From Paragordius varius (taxonomy: Eukaryota > Animalia > Nematomorpha), in assembly GCA_964247055.1 (NCBI GenBank), contig OZ176051.1, positions 8,928,001-8,992,000 of the forward strand: a stretch of DNA of 64,000 bases. The letters are read 5' to 3'. The notes under the pieces are model-generated. The model had not been told where the DNA came from. It did no database searches and worked only from the letters and a program-made list of their open reading frames with translations. Of the stretch, positions 51,924 to 64,000 are shown piece by piece. Position numbers and translations under genes: made by a program. Position 1 is the stretch's first letter. The number at the start of each line of letters is the position of its first letter.

Positions 51924-53989
51924 TAATTGGATTTAACTCGGAGTAATAATCTATGTACTGGTCCTAAAATACCAATAATAAAAATTGAAATAAGTGAATT
52001 ATGCATGGATATATTTATAAAAATATATAAGAGTTAAATTAGAATTATTATGATGTGAAAGTAGAAACATATAATTTGCTTATATAATTTATTTATTTGA
52101 ATTAGCTTAAATGTTTTATATTTTATATAATTTTATAAATATAAAATTTTATTTTATAAAAATAATAATCATAGCTCCTAAACGTTTACAGTCGAATACA
52201 ACACATATTTCAGTCCTTCTATTCATAGAATGTTGGTGACCCCACACATGTTTAAAATAAATATCTCTCAAATATTTCATTAAATGGACCATTTTTGATG
52301 CACCGAAATATAGTGAAAGGTTCATTAAAAAAAGTTATTACTTATTTTAGGAATTAACCTGAAGGTAAATATTTATCGCAACATGTGCGTCTGGTATAAA
52401 TATAAAAAAAATTGTGTTTAACATGAGCTTTTGCAAAAAGTTAAAAAATAATAATGGTCGAAGTAGTTTGATATGGAATCTTTTTCAAAACTCAATTTTA
52501 TATTAATATTTTGGCTTATTATAAAATTTTTATTAGGAAAGAGGCAGGAACTTAAATCGAAACCCTCCTTCTCAATAGTTTTTTTAACAATATTAATTCA
52601 ATATGATCTAAGGACACTACTTACTCCGATTTTTATGGAATGTTAAAAATATATTATCAATAATTGCTAGGGTAAAAAGGGAAGGTAATAAATTACCAAG
52701 GTATGGCCGGAATAAGCGATTTAGTTAGATATGTCATATGCTGCGGGGCTAACCTAATAATTTGGGAATCATATTTATACTGGTATCTAACACATTGACA
52801 TAGAAAAGGATTCATATTACGGACCTAACGGCAGTGGCTAGTAACTATAAATAATCCATATTGGTAGAATTACTCAGATAGGTAACTGAATCATTTAGAT
52901 TTTTTTAATAACTTATCGTTAAATTAAGGTTCCCTCGCAATATACAATATCCCCTTTCTATTTTGAGATCATTAAAATACTTGCACTTCTTTGATTTAAA
53001 TAAATGTGTTGAGAGAAAACATAATCGACGCATGAACGTGTAGCCATATTATGGAGTTTTACATTCTTAAAAGACTAGTATGCATGCCTTTATCCTTATT
53101 GCTAAAACGTCTTGACAATCTATCTTTTCCTCAAATACGCGAAATCTGAAACTATAGAACATGACTCAGGATGCGAACTTTGGCCCAATTGTAAAAAGAA
53201 GCATAGCCAGGGCTTTAATTATCAAAGCAAGGACAATACTTGTTATAGAAGTCAAGGAAAAATGGCCAAAAACACAGATTTCGTGAGAATAATGTGGTAC
53301 GGTCGCTTCCAGTCTGTAACAAGTTTAAAATCCTTATGTCATCTGCAGCTGGCACACCGCTTACCGCTGTAAAGATAACACCGCTCGAGTAAGCAGCGCA
53401 ACTAAGCTTACCATAAACTCTTATGGCCCTTTGATAATACCCTAATTCTATTTATAATAAATAAATAAAATATAAGCATTGATCAAAAATATGCCTACTT
53501 TAGCCTTTTAGGCCCATGATACAAATTTTTTATAAAATTTAAAATTTTACAATACTCTTTTCAAACTTTTTTACCTTCATTTTTTGTGGGACCAAGCAAA
53601 TATTTGTATATTATGTCTAAAACTTTAAATATAAAACTAAATTACAATATATCAACGAATTTACCTTCGGGTATAATTTGATTTTCAGGTTTTGGAGATA
53701 TACGATTCGGGAGTCTAGAATTAAAAATATGCAAAAAATTGTTTTTTATATAAGGAGAGAACGGATAGACACTTCGATTCAAGGGGTAAATACCTCACAA
53801 TATTTAAATTGATATTTGTTAAAAATTTTTAAGTTTAATTATGATTCTTCCCTAATTAAAATTATAAATATATTCCAAAATATCAAGATAAAATTTAGTT
53901 TTGGAAAGAAAGTTTTGTCTCAAACTAATTGGACGCATTTAAATATCGCGATTTGATTCCAAGCCTAAAATAAGTTTACTTTTTTATAA

Positions 53990-54972
53990 AATCATATTTA
54001 ACATTATATAAACAGAAAAAGTGGCATGATTGCATTATTACATTTAGCTTATGCATATGTCATAATGGCTAAATTTTTACGTTTGGGTTGTACCTTTGAA
54101 TAAGTAACTATTTTAAATAAATTTTTTAATATATTTCGGATGTTTAATGTTATATAAGTGCAATTTGCCATGAATTTATATAATATTTTTGAAATAAATA
54201 ATTAACAAGCTAGGGGTATCTAATTCCCCCAATTTGAATCTAAAAACTGAGATGATTGTGTTGTATCCAGTAATATAAGGATTGAAACAATTTTCAACGG
54301 TAGTTTGTTTTGTACTTTAAGGCACAGATCCCTAAAATGTTATAGGGCACAAAAAAAGGAAAATGTGATAAAGTGTTGATTGAGGCCTATTAGTGGATGA
54401 AGATGTTTATGAGCCCAAATATAATCTCGTTACACATCAATATATGTAAATTTTATTTAAGGTAAGACTAAATTTGAGTTTGGATTTTTAAAAAAATACT
54501 GAAGGAAACGGTCCCATTTAAATTTATGCGCTTCTAATAATAATTATATAAATAAGCTAAAATATCTAAATAAATAGGTTTGAAAAAAAGTTGATGTCCA
54601 ACTACTTCGATGCCTTTTTCATACCAAATTTTTCCAAAATATCGTCTTCATGAAAATTAAGGTTAAATTCAAGATTTAATTTACATCTAAAGTTGATAGA
54701 AATAGAAAAAATTTATTTTGTATTTTTTTAAATTTTACCATTGCACACATGTCATGTTGAGAAAGTTTTTACCATTTGGTTTTAGCTTAAAATCAGTAAT
54801 ATCAAGTATTTTTGAGTAAAATTTTTTATATATTTCGGTTTATTTATGTTATATAAGTGCAACTTGCCATGGATTTGATTTCTTTTATATTTTTTAAAGA
54901 ATTGAATTTTGAACTGGGTATTCAACCACCCCAATTTGAATTGAAGGACTAAAAGTGTTTTATACAAGTGTT
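53990..54972. repeat. Two direct partial arms of the 14190-15660 foldback family (~53990-54280 and ~54440-54972)
   Basis: Colinear with 14200-14740 (ATACTGAAGGAAACGGTCCCATTT, CTACTTCGATGCC, CCCCAATTTGAA..GAAGGACTAAAA). Confidence 0.75.
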
Positions 54973-55018
54973 AATCCAAGCTGATCCATATTTTTTATTC
55001 ATTCTTCAATATTTCAAT

Positions 55019-57706
55019 ATGGGAAAAGGCTATAACAATTATATGTGTAAAAAGGATTTTCATCCTGGGAATATTGAAAATCTCAAAAGGGTAACTGTTA
55101 AAATTAATATATTAGGTGTGGATGGCTCAACAAAAGCACGATGAAATGAAAAAATACGATGCTGATATGAAATCCCAGTATCAAAAGGAACAGCAAATGA
55201 TTGAGCACAGGTATAAACATACATATATAATATCTATATTTTTATGTGTTATAATTTTTTTAATATATAGACAATTATTGGGAGATGATAAGGCCAAACT
55301 TGGGATTAGTTTTATGTATGATCTCCCTCCCGGAGCACCAAAGTCCGCGATGAAGGGACACAATGAAAACGAAATATTAGTCGAGGCCGCCAAGCAAAAC
55401 ATGGTTGTTGACAATTCTGCCGATAAAAGCGAGGATGTTAAAAAGGAAGAATTTAAGTTTGAATGGCAAAGAGGTGCCCCCAGAGAAAGGTTTTCATTAT
55501 ATTTTTTTACTAAAATTTATGTTATTTATAGGATATTTTATAATATAATATTAATTATATATCTGCCTAAACTTTTTAAATAATGCAAATTTTTCAAATA
55601 TTATATAAAAGAATTATGGTTAAATTTAAAATTTTAATTTACTAAGGCAAAAACATTTTAGGAATAAAATTTTAATTAAAAATATAACGATAGACCAACA
55701 AACAATTTTTAGTTATTAAGATTTCTATGATCCCTAAGTAGCTATACTCTAAAATCTAAATCTAGGCTCACCCCTAGAGTTAATTTTTAGTTTATTTTCA
55801 AATTTTCAGTTTAATTTTCATAAATTCCATTTAATTTAATTTAAATTTGTATAACCAACTGCATTTATACCAAAATTGCAAAGTTGGATATATATATATA
55901 TACGAAATCGATATGTGAAAACCCCAAGTCAAATAGTTGTGTCGTACTGATGAGTGCTAACAAGCACGAAACTAGTCTCCGATTACTATTGACGAAGGGT
56001 CTCACATATCGTTTATTTTTATTTATACTTTCATTTAATTTCTATTTAATTTTCCTTTATCGTTATCTTACGGATTTTAACAACTGTTTTCACAAAAATA
56101 TAATCAATCCGTCATTTGCCAAAACAATATTGACGTTTTCTTAAATTTTTTTATAGTTTTTTATACAGTATATACATAATTGTTTAGTACTAAGACAGGC
56201 GTATTACTATTTTCTGGAGAAAATTTTTGTCAAGTAAGGTAATTGTTTTACATAATGGACGAGCACGTTTCTATTTACAAAATTCTAAAAAACAATATGT
56301 TTATTCGATAAAATAATTGATGCCAAATGATTACCTCGTGAAAAGGAGGCTATTTTGTACCTATATAAATAATATTAGACTCAAACTTTCCAGATTAAAT
56401 TTCTATATTCCGAAAAAATTTTATACATATTATCACTTAATTTTTATCTTTTATATAATATTTCATTGATTTTAATTTAGTTATTTGAAAGGAAAAACCG
56501 AATTACTCGTTGATCAACCATTTGGCATCTGGGTACGTAATGTTAAATGCCTAAAATGTGGGAAATGGGGTCATGTTAACATTGATAAAGTTTGCCCGCT
56601 CTACGCTGTTTCCAATCCTAACCTGATTGATTTTTTTGAAAAAAGTAAAATCTTAACTGTTTTTTTTGTCAATTCTGTTAATTACTTAATATTAATATGT
56701 TTGATTTTATTTCTTCAGTTTCGGAAGAAAAACAACAACAGTTAATGACTGATATGAAAAAAGAAGGTCTTGCCCTAAAAAATAGTGGACTCGACAAACG
56801 CATCACCGACACTAAAGCCAATCAAGTTTGAATTATTATTTTTTTCATATAATCAATTATTAATTTATATGTGTGTTTTAGGATCTCATATCATACCAAG
56901 ATAGTACGATTGGTCAACATCCAAATTCATTAACTTCCATTCTGGGAGATTTGACATATATTCAGAGCCTTACTGCTGAGCATAAAAATTCACTCTACAA
57001 GTAATATTTATCATGGTTTATATTGGTATACTTGATAAGTAGCATATTAATTTTTTATATACTTTGGCAAAAAATTTTTTTGAAAGGACATGTGGCTTTC
57101 TTACCCTAATGTAAATGAATTTTTTTTGGTTTTTGAATTAACGTGTTCAAAGTGATTGATATGTTTAATGGTAATCTTTGCTCTTAATGATCAAAATTTA
57201 CTACGTAATAAAATTTTATTTTTATCTTTTATATTAATAAATATTAATGTCGATAAACATACCATATGTGTGAATATTTATTTTCTAGATTAATCACTAA
57301 AATGGTGAAGAAATTTTCAGCCGACAATAAAAGTTCCGGTAAACGAAAACTAGAATCCTCTGTAACTTCTTTGGATAGTGCCATTCATGATAATAAATAT
57401 CACAGTAAAAGCAGTAAGGTCTCCCATTATAAACATAATAATAGCCCAAAAAACAGGCACATTTCTTCAAGTCTATCCGATTCGGAAGACGAGAGAATTC
57501 AGCGTAAAAAATTATCAGAAAAATCAAAAAAGCATACATCACCCAATAAAAAATGTAATGAACATGATCGAAACTACCATAAAAAGCGACATAATAAACG
57601 TTTTCGTGATCGTTCTACTCCTGTTACACGAGATAATGAAAAAGTTTCACGAGATATTGATTACCGAAAACATGAACGAAACGCCAAAAAACGAAGTAGA
57701 AGTTGA
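55019..57706 (+). CDS. CIR1: Corepressor interacting with RBPJ 1, 397 aa. Exons 55019-55090, 55116-55210, 55271-55489, 56481-56644, 56719-56825, 56882-57000, 57289-57706
   Basis: Reads [24 protein letters not shown]|[76 protein letters not shown], then an RS/K-rich tail, matching CIR1. Phases are consistent. Confidence 0.93.
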
Positions 57707-58968
57707 AAATAGTAATTGTTTTCACATAGCATATGTTCACTATATTAGTTTTATTGATCAGAATAAATTGTAATTATATATTAAATAATTATATTGTTTT
57801 TAAGTTTGTTGTTAATCATCAAAATCAATTTCCATAATAAAATCTGTAAGGTTTTAACATATTTACGAATATTAACATATTTTTTTCTATGGCTTGATTT
57901 TGTTTTTATGCCCTTTTTGGCACAAATTAAACTATTATGTTTCTTGAGCCTAAATATTAAATTATTTCAATCTTTAATAACACTCGACGAATTTGGACTT
58001 TTTTGAGCACCACCACTCAGAATTTTTTGACTAATTTTAGTGTTCTAAAACCGAATCTGAAATTTTTTTTGATCCCCCTAATCAGAATTCAGAGATTACG
58101 GGTTTTTTAATTTTTTAAAAACAAGAGAAAATAGACATGAAATTAAATATAACTAAAAAAAGGTTATTATCGCATTAAATTAATACCATTTGATAAAGCG
58201 TTTTAAACTCTATCATAATCATAAATATGTCGTTTAAATATCAGGGAGAAAAAATACGGGTATAAACTTAAACACGTATAAATTTATATTAAAAAATATT
58301 AAAAGAGATGTTTTGTGGTTTAAACCTTCGTCTTTCAGTGAGGCTATGTTTTTGTTAGTTTTGGTTATTTTTAGTACTTCTTGGGGTTTTTCTCTTCGGT
58401 TGATTCTTACAAAAAACCATGATAATTATATCTAGTGGATATTATTTATTTTCAAAATCATGCGGTAAATTTGGAATTTCATGATGTTGGGTAGTCACCT
58501 CTAATACCTGGATGGTGGATATCTTACCATACTGTTATGGGCTACAATAGGCCACCTCTATTCTAATTTTTTCCATTTAATGATCGAATTCGTCTAACTC
58601 CATTACCTCATTGTATACCTTTTCCATATCTGGCATAATTAAATGAGCGCTTGAGGTATGTTATTTTGCTTGTGAAAGCCGCATATATCACACCATACAT
58701 AAGCCCTTTGAGATTTTTAATACTTTGATTCTTACCTTTTAATTTATTTAAATTCTATATTCTTAAAGTTTCGTACCCTATTTTTTTAATACACAGAATT
58801 TTTATATATTCAATAAATTCAATATTTTTTTATTGTATATTGTCTATTACTGTGTCGAGTAACAAGCCCGCTCGATAAGACGTATTTCTCGTAAAAAGAG
58901 ATAACAAACCTTCAGCAGCGATTTTGGGCAGTTTATATTTTTTAATTAAAGATCGACGGCATTTTTAG

Positions 58969-59362
58969 TTAAAGTTTATTATATGGATCATCAATAACAT
59001 TTTCTGTAGAGTCTTCGTTTATGGAAAAATCTGTGGTATCGTATACTGGGGCTGGTATATTTGGATCATTTTTGCATTTGTGTTCTAAAATTATAATAAA
59101 AATACCTGGCTTTGGACCATTTGCATCGTGCTCGTTTAAATATTATATGTAGAGGAATAATTGTTTTTTTAAAAATTAAATTCAAAATTAAAAAGTAAAT
59201 TTAAAAAAAATCCTATTGGCGGCCTCAATTTTTTGTTTTGTTTTGGCCTTTTCATGCCACTAGGTAACAGAAAAAAATGGGGTGATGTAAAACCTTGTTG
59301 AGCAGTGTAATCAGTGATGCCGAATTTTTTTCTGTGGCTGATGGTTTTACTTTGAGGAGTAT
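58969..59362 (-). CDS. Candidate small multi-exon gene of unknown function (partial model)
   Basis: Phase-compatible GT-AG pieces: 59362-59294 |34-nt intron| 59259 onward (ILLKVKPSATEKNSASLITLLNK|WHEKAKTKQKIEAANR), and ~59135-59106 |21-nt intron| 59084-58969 (NEHDANGPKP|EHKCKNDPNIPAPVYDTTDFSINEDSTENVIDDPYNKL*). No family was recognised, and no canonical donor links the two halves. Confidence 0.3.
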
Positions 59363-59919
59363 CTGAAAATTTAAGGGTTTTGGGTTTATATAATTATTTG
59401 CTCTCATTATTCCAAATTATTATTTTCTTTGGTTTTATTAAAAGTAATTACCAAGCAAGACATATACGCGAGGTGTAGTGTCCAAAGTTCTGATTTAGCA
59501 GAAATATTTGTTATGGGCGCATTATAGTGCCAGACGAAAAATGGTTTGGATCGATATTTATGGATAGAAACGATTTAAGAATTCGAAATAATGGTGTCGC
59601 GTTGCGTTGATAGCAATAATGTATCGCAAAAATACATATTTATAGTTATATCACTACTTATCCTCAATTAAACAATTGGTTTTCATATATAAAATTGTAT
59701 CTTTCACCTGTTGCTTGTATAATTGCTTTCGCAAATTTAAAATGTTGTTGCCAAAGATATTGCTTTTGACTTTATCATCTAGCACCTTATTGACCTTCGA
59801 TTCATGGACTAGCGATGAGAAATATTTAAACCGAAACCACGTAATTAGATAAGTAAATAAACGTAAATTTTAGAAGTCAGCTAACCAAGTATTGCAAACA
59901 ATGTTTGAAACATATAGAC

Positions 59920-62900
59920 CAGTGGTACTCAAACCGCGGCCCTAAGAGTGCTTTAAAATTGCCCTATGACCATATTGATACTTAAATTATCTTTTTACTG
60001 ATGAATTTTTAAAATACACATAAACAAATTTTCGCTTATAATATTAATTTATTTTCTTTAGATTTTTTGATAATTTTTCTTTTTTACCCAATTTGAAATG
60101 TAGAAAAATTTCCCTACATAAGGATTTCAATATTTTGGCACACGTTGTTTTTGTTTCTGTTTTATTTTGATATTTTTATTGCATTCCTTTTTGTAGCAAG
60201 CCTTTCACCCAAACTCGCACATACATATTCTTTTCATTGCTATCCTGCATCATTTTTTATAATTCATTCCCATATATTTTTGAAATCAACATCCTTAAAT
60301 TTCAACCTGTTTTTTTATAGCATAATTAAAATTATATTCCTAATTTTTTAAAAAATTTACATAATATTTATACATAAATTCAAAGGATGACATCAAATGC
60401 TAAAACGTAAATTATACGATGAAAATCGCTTCTCAAAAAAAGTGGGAATTCTTTGTCGTTTTAAATAAAAATGTTGCTACCTGCGTCATATGTAAGGACA
60501 ACATAATTATAAAAAATACAATATTGAAAGATATTCAATTCATCATTTTATAAATTACCAGAAAATCATGAGGAAAGAAACGAAATATAAAAAACTAGCG
60601 TAAATCTCGTGCTGCTACGCAGCCCTAGGAAGTCCTTCGGACTTCTGGGGGGGAGGGGGGGCTCTTTTGATTTTATAAGCAATTTCGTTATGCGGAACGA
60701 AGTTTTAAAATGATTCACATAGTCTCATAAGTTTTCTGAAATTTGGCTCCAAAGGTATGCTGTATCGATATGATGGCGCAGTTGTAGGCGATAGCCCCCA
60801 ACCCATAGGCCAATATAAAAATGTAGTTAGATAAAAGTTTTTGCCTTTATACCTGAAATCATCGTTCATTCCTAATAGTTTATGGAAGAATGGCTTCAAA
60901 ACTAAATAATAGTTCAATGATAGCGCATTTTTTAGGGAGTAAAGGGCTTATTTAACGGCTAATTCACGCTCGACTAAAATTTTTGACTTTTTACGAATAC
61001 TTTGAGCAGCTATTGAACTCAAATGGCTTAATAGGTTTTCTGAAATTTAGCCCCAAAAGCACGCTATTTTAATATGACGGGTCAGTTTTTCGCGAGTAGC
61101 TCCTTACTCAGCAGCTATCATCAAAGAAACGCTTGACTAAAATTTTTCCCTTTCAACAGGGAATACGTGGAATCCTTATTGAATTTTTACGGTCTCATAC
61201 CCTGGGCGAAAAATAGATTTAAAAAATCATTTAAGTGGACTTTGTTTTTGTGAAAAAAGTGGCATTTTACGGGGAGAGCGGGTAAAAAGAGGGCCTAAAT
61301 TAAAAAAGCGAGACGACTATGTTTGGCGCAATCGAAAATAAGTAAACAAAAATTATATTTGAAATTGAATGGTCCAACACGTTCTCCGGAAAATTGTCTC
61401 AAAGACACGATTTTTGTGGACTTATGTTTTCAAAAAAACCCGTTTTTCACACGGGGTGGGCCCGAACTGGGGGCCTATTTCAAAAAAAGGGCGAAACTAA
61501 TGTCGGGGCATCTATTAATGAATATATTTTTTCGATATTATTTGAATGGGTCTACCGGTTTTCCGGAAACAGATCACAAAGCCAGCATTTTCCATTTTTA
61601 TAAATATATAGATTAAGAAATTTTACCAGAGAGAAAAATCTATTATGTCCATTGCTTTCTCCCAGGAAAAAGCTGTAACATTAGCTTCGTATGAAATTTG
61701 CTACATTTTGGGAAAAATATATGAAACCGTTTACTGATTCCCAACTAATAAAAGAATGTCGAAATGGTTGCACTTTTTTATTTGATAAATTCCATAATAA
61801 AAAACATATCATGAAGCAAATTAAAAAGCTTTAAATTTCTGATTCAACATGTGCTCGACGCATTGAAGATATGTCTAAATATATTTTTAAAATACATTAT
61901 TGGCTCTGAAAAACTGCAAATATTTTAGTATTGCTATTGATTCTAGCACTGATATTAGTTGAGATTAACGACAACATAATCAACGAGGAATATTTATAAT
62001 TTTTGCCAATGAATAATACCACGAAAGTAAGTGATTTTCTCGAAATAATTAGCACTTTTTTCGATAATAATGGTATATCTATGAAAAAATTGGTTTCAAT
62101 CTGCACAGATGGCTGTCCCTCTATGACTGAAATAAACAAGGGATTTATTCCTCTTTTAAAAAAAATATAATTTGCAAAATATTTTCTTTCACTGCTTTAT
62201 TCATCAAACTTGGTTTCGCGTGTAAAGGATAAATCACTCAATTCAGTAATTAAAACGGTTGTGGATATAGTTAACCACATCCGTGGCAGAGAATTTAACC
62301 GCCGTAAATTCAAAAACCTTCTGAAAGATATCCACAGTCAGTTTGATGATATTCTTTAGTACAACTCTCTGAGATGGCTAAGCTAAAGCAAAGTATTAAA
62401 TAGATTTTTTGTTTTAAGATATGATCTATTATTTATAAATCACAGAATGTTTGACGAGGAAATTAATAGTGATGAATGGTGTGTTTCATTAGCCTACTGA
62501 CAGTACTTATAAACTTAGGATTTACAAGTCTTCAAGAGATCAAAATAATAACCCAATTGGCTAATCAAATATTTGCTTTTGAAGAATAAATAATATATAA
62601 GATTTTATAAATTAAAAACTCCTATTTTTCCAACAATTAAAACAATTTATGAAGAAAATATGGAATACCGCGGAGATTAAAATAATGATAGATAATCATT
62701 AACCTTTTTATCTAATGAGATGAAATTCATCAAGAATTAATATTAAAAATTACTTAACTCGTTGAAAATCCATGGCATATGGATATATCCAATATTAATC
62801 AACTTGAGCATTTCGGTTTTGACCAGGCTCATTGAAGAATTCGTAGATTTCAAAAATGATTTCAATTTGTAGGTTATATTCAAAAATCGTAGAGAAAAAA

Positions 62901-63359
62901 GATATGTAGAGATTTAGCAAGATGTGCCAAATATATATGGAAATATATAAAAATGTGCTCAAGTTGTCCTAACTGTTTTTCCCACAACTTACACGTGTGA
63001 GACGACATATAAAAAAAATGAAGTATGTCAAGAATATATACATAAATCGCTTAACCGATGATCATATGGATGACGTATTGAGATTGGCCTGTCATGAGGA
63101 CCAATTTTATCAAAAATTATTGGTTAATATAAAAAAATGTTATCAAAATATTTTAAATATTTATTTAAACTAAATGGTGCAAAACGAGTTTTTACCTAGA
63201 TTTATATGCGATCCGCAAAAAATTGTGCTGATTTAGAGTATAAATATGTGCATATGTGTCAAATAGCTATGGAATATTTACCATTATAAGGTTCATGGCC
63301 TTCGGAAAAAAAAATATATTTTATTTGGCCCGTCAAATTTTTTTGGGTAAGTACCACTG
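59920..63359 (+). mobile_element. Third copy of the Buster-type hAT, decayed
   Basis: TIR CAGTGGTACTC / GTACCACTG; TSD ATATAGAC/ATATACAC (7 of 8 match). Transposase remnants include IAIDSSTDIS, ICTDGCPSM, LRWLS and HMDDVLRL. Confidence 0.9.
60595..61612 (-). mobile_element. Helitron-like element with two ~305-bp modules, nested in the hAT
   Basis: On the minus strand it reads A|TCTATATA...GATTTACGCTAG|T. Removing it restores colinearity with the hAT copy at ~21290. No TSD. Confidence 0.88.
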
Positions 63360-63779
63360 ATATACACGGTATTCAGTTTTAACAATTTTTAAAATTGTTG
63401 ATTACAAAAATATAGAAAAATTTCTTATATCTTTTCACTTAATATCATAAGAGTCATACATTATTATGGACAAGATTATATGTAGAAAAAAAATTTCCTA
63501 TCATTTTTTACTTTAGTCTGGGGGTTTAAAAAATCTTTTACACATACATTGTGCACAAAATTGGGTCGTATAAAATAAGATAAAAATATTTATTCTTATA
63601 GTTTAAAGTATAAGAACCTTCATGGTGCTTTTGGTTTTAGCATTACGAGTCATATAAGAAAAATATTATCAGCGGTAGTTTCTTCATATTTGAAATGGAT
63701 TTGCGCCTTTTTGCCAAATAAATTTTGGCGTGAAAACTAAATGCTTTTAATATATCATTAATTTATATAAAAAACAATA

Positions 63780-64000
63780 TTCAGAAATCGTGTCTTTAAG
63801 ACGTTTTTCCAAAAACGTGTTGAACCATTCGATTTCAAATATGATTTTTTTACTCATTTTCGATTGCGTCGAACATAGTCGGCTCGCTTTTTTAATTTAG
63901 GCCTTCTTTTTACCCGCTCCCCCCGTAAAATGCCACTCTTTTCAAAAAAAATCGAATTTATTTTTCGCCCAAGGTATGAGATCGTAAAAATTCAATAAGG
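63780..64000 (+). mobile_element. Partial long-form Helitron-like copy running off the right edge
   Basis: Core sequence (ATCGTGTCTTTAAGAC..CGAACATAGTCG..GTAAAATGCC) followed by the module start GGTATGAGATCGTAAAAATTCAATAAGG. Confidence 0.7.

Noticed and set aside
53112-53372. 86-aa ORF with a PAN/apple-like fragment (C..GFNYQSKDNTCY)
   Set aside because: Cys spacing is incomplete, the start is non-ATG, I found no supporting exons, and it lies among repeat fragments. A profile search would be needed.
300-62139. Numerous short ORF-track entries antisense to real exons or inside AT-rich repeats (e.g. 300-581, 6569-6961, 11771-12142, 24354-24701, 48766-49125)
   Set aside because: They are shadows of genuine coding strands or low-complexity AT-rich frames with no motifs.
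1-64000. CRISPR arrays, rRNA/tRNA genes, prokaryotic defence or operon systems, alternative genetic code
   Set aside because: None seen. The DNA is intron-containing and eukaryotic, and TAA, TAG and TGA behave as stops at the expected gene ends and in decayed repeats.

Overview
AT-rich eukaryotic (animal) genomic DNA using the standard genetic code. By hand-splicing I reconstructed seven host genes. Six are intron-containing: MTREX/MTR4 (5' part only), FAM136A, NUDT6, MTRFR/C12orf65, a Cordon-bleu (COBL/COBLL1)-like protein and CIR1. The seventh is an intronless rhodopsin-class GPCR. A possible eighth, unassigned gene lies near 59 kb. Several introns are only 22-25 nt (GT-AG) yet sit beside kb-scale, transposon-filled introns. 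Genes occur in very tight pairs: MTREX/FAM136A head-to-head with 77 nt between ATGs, and MTRFR/NUDT6 head-to-tail with an operon-like junction. The rest is dense, nested, decayed transposon sequence: RTE-like LINEs (two with a PHD-like insert), three hAT lineages with verifiable 8-bp TSDs, a Helitron-like family with a variable number of ~310-bp modules, long-TIR foldback elements, a mariner remnant and a rearranged Gypsy-type LTR element. Microintrons plus bilaterian-type genes fit a reduced parasitic animal such as a dicyemid or orthonectid, but that is inference only. Family assignments come from my recall of reference proteins; no searches were run.
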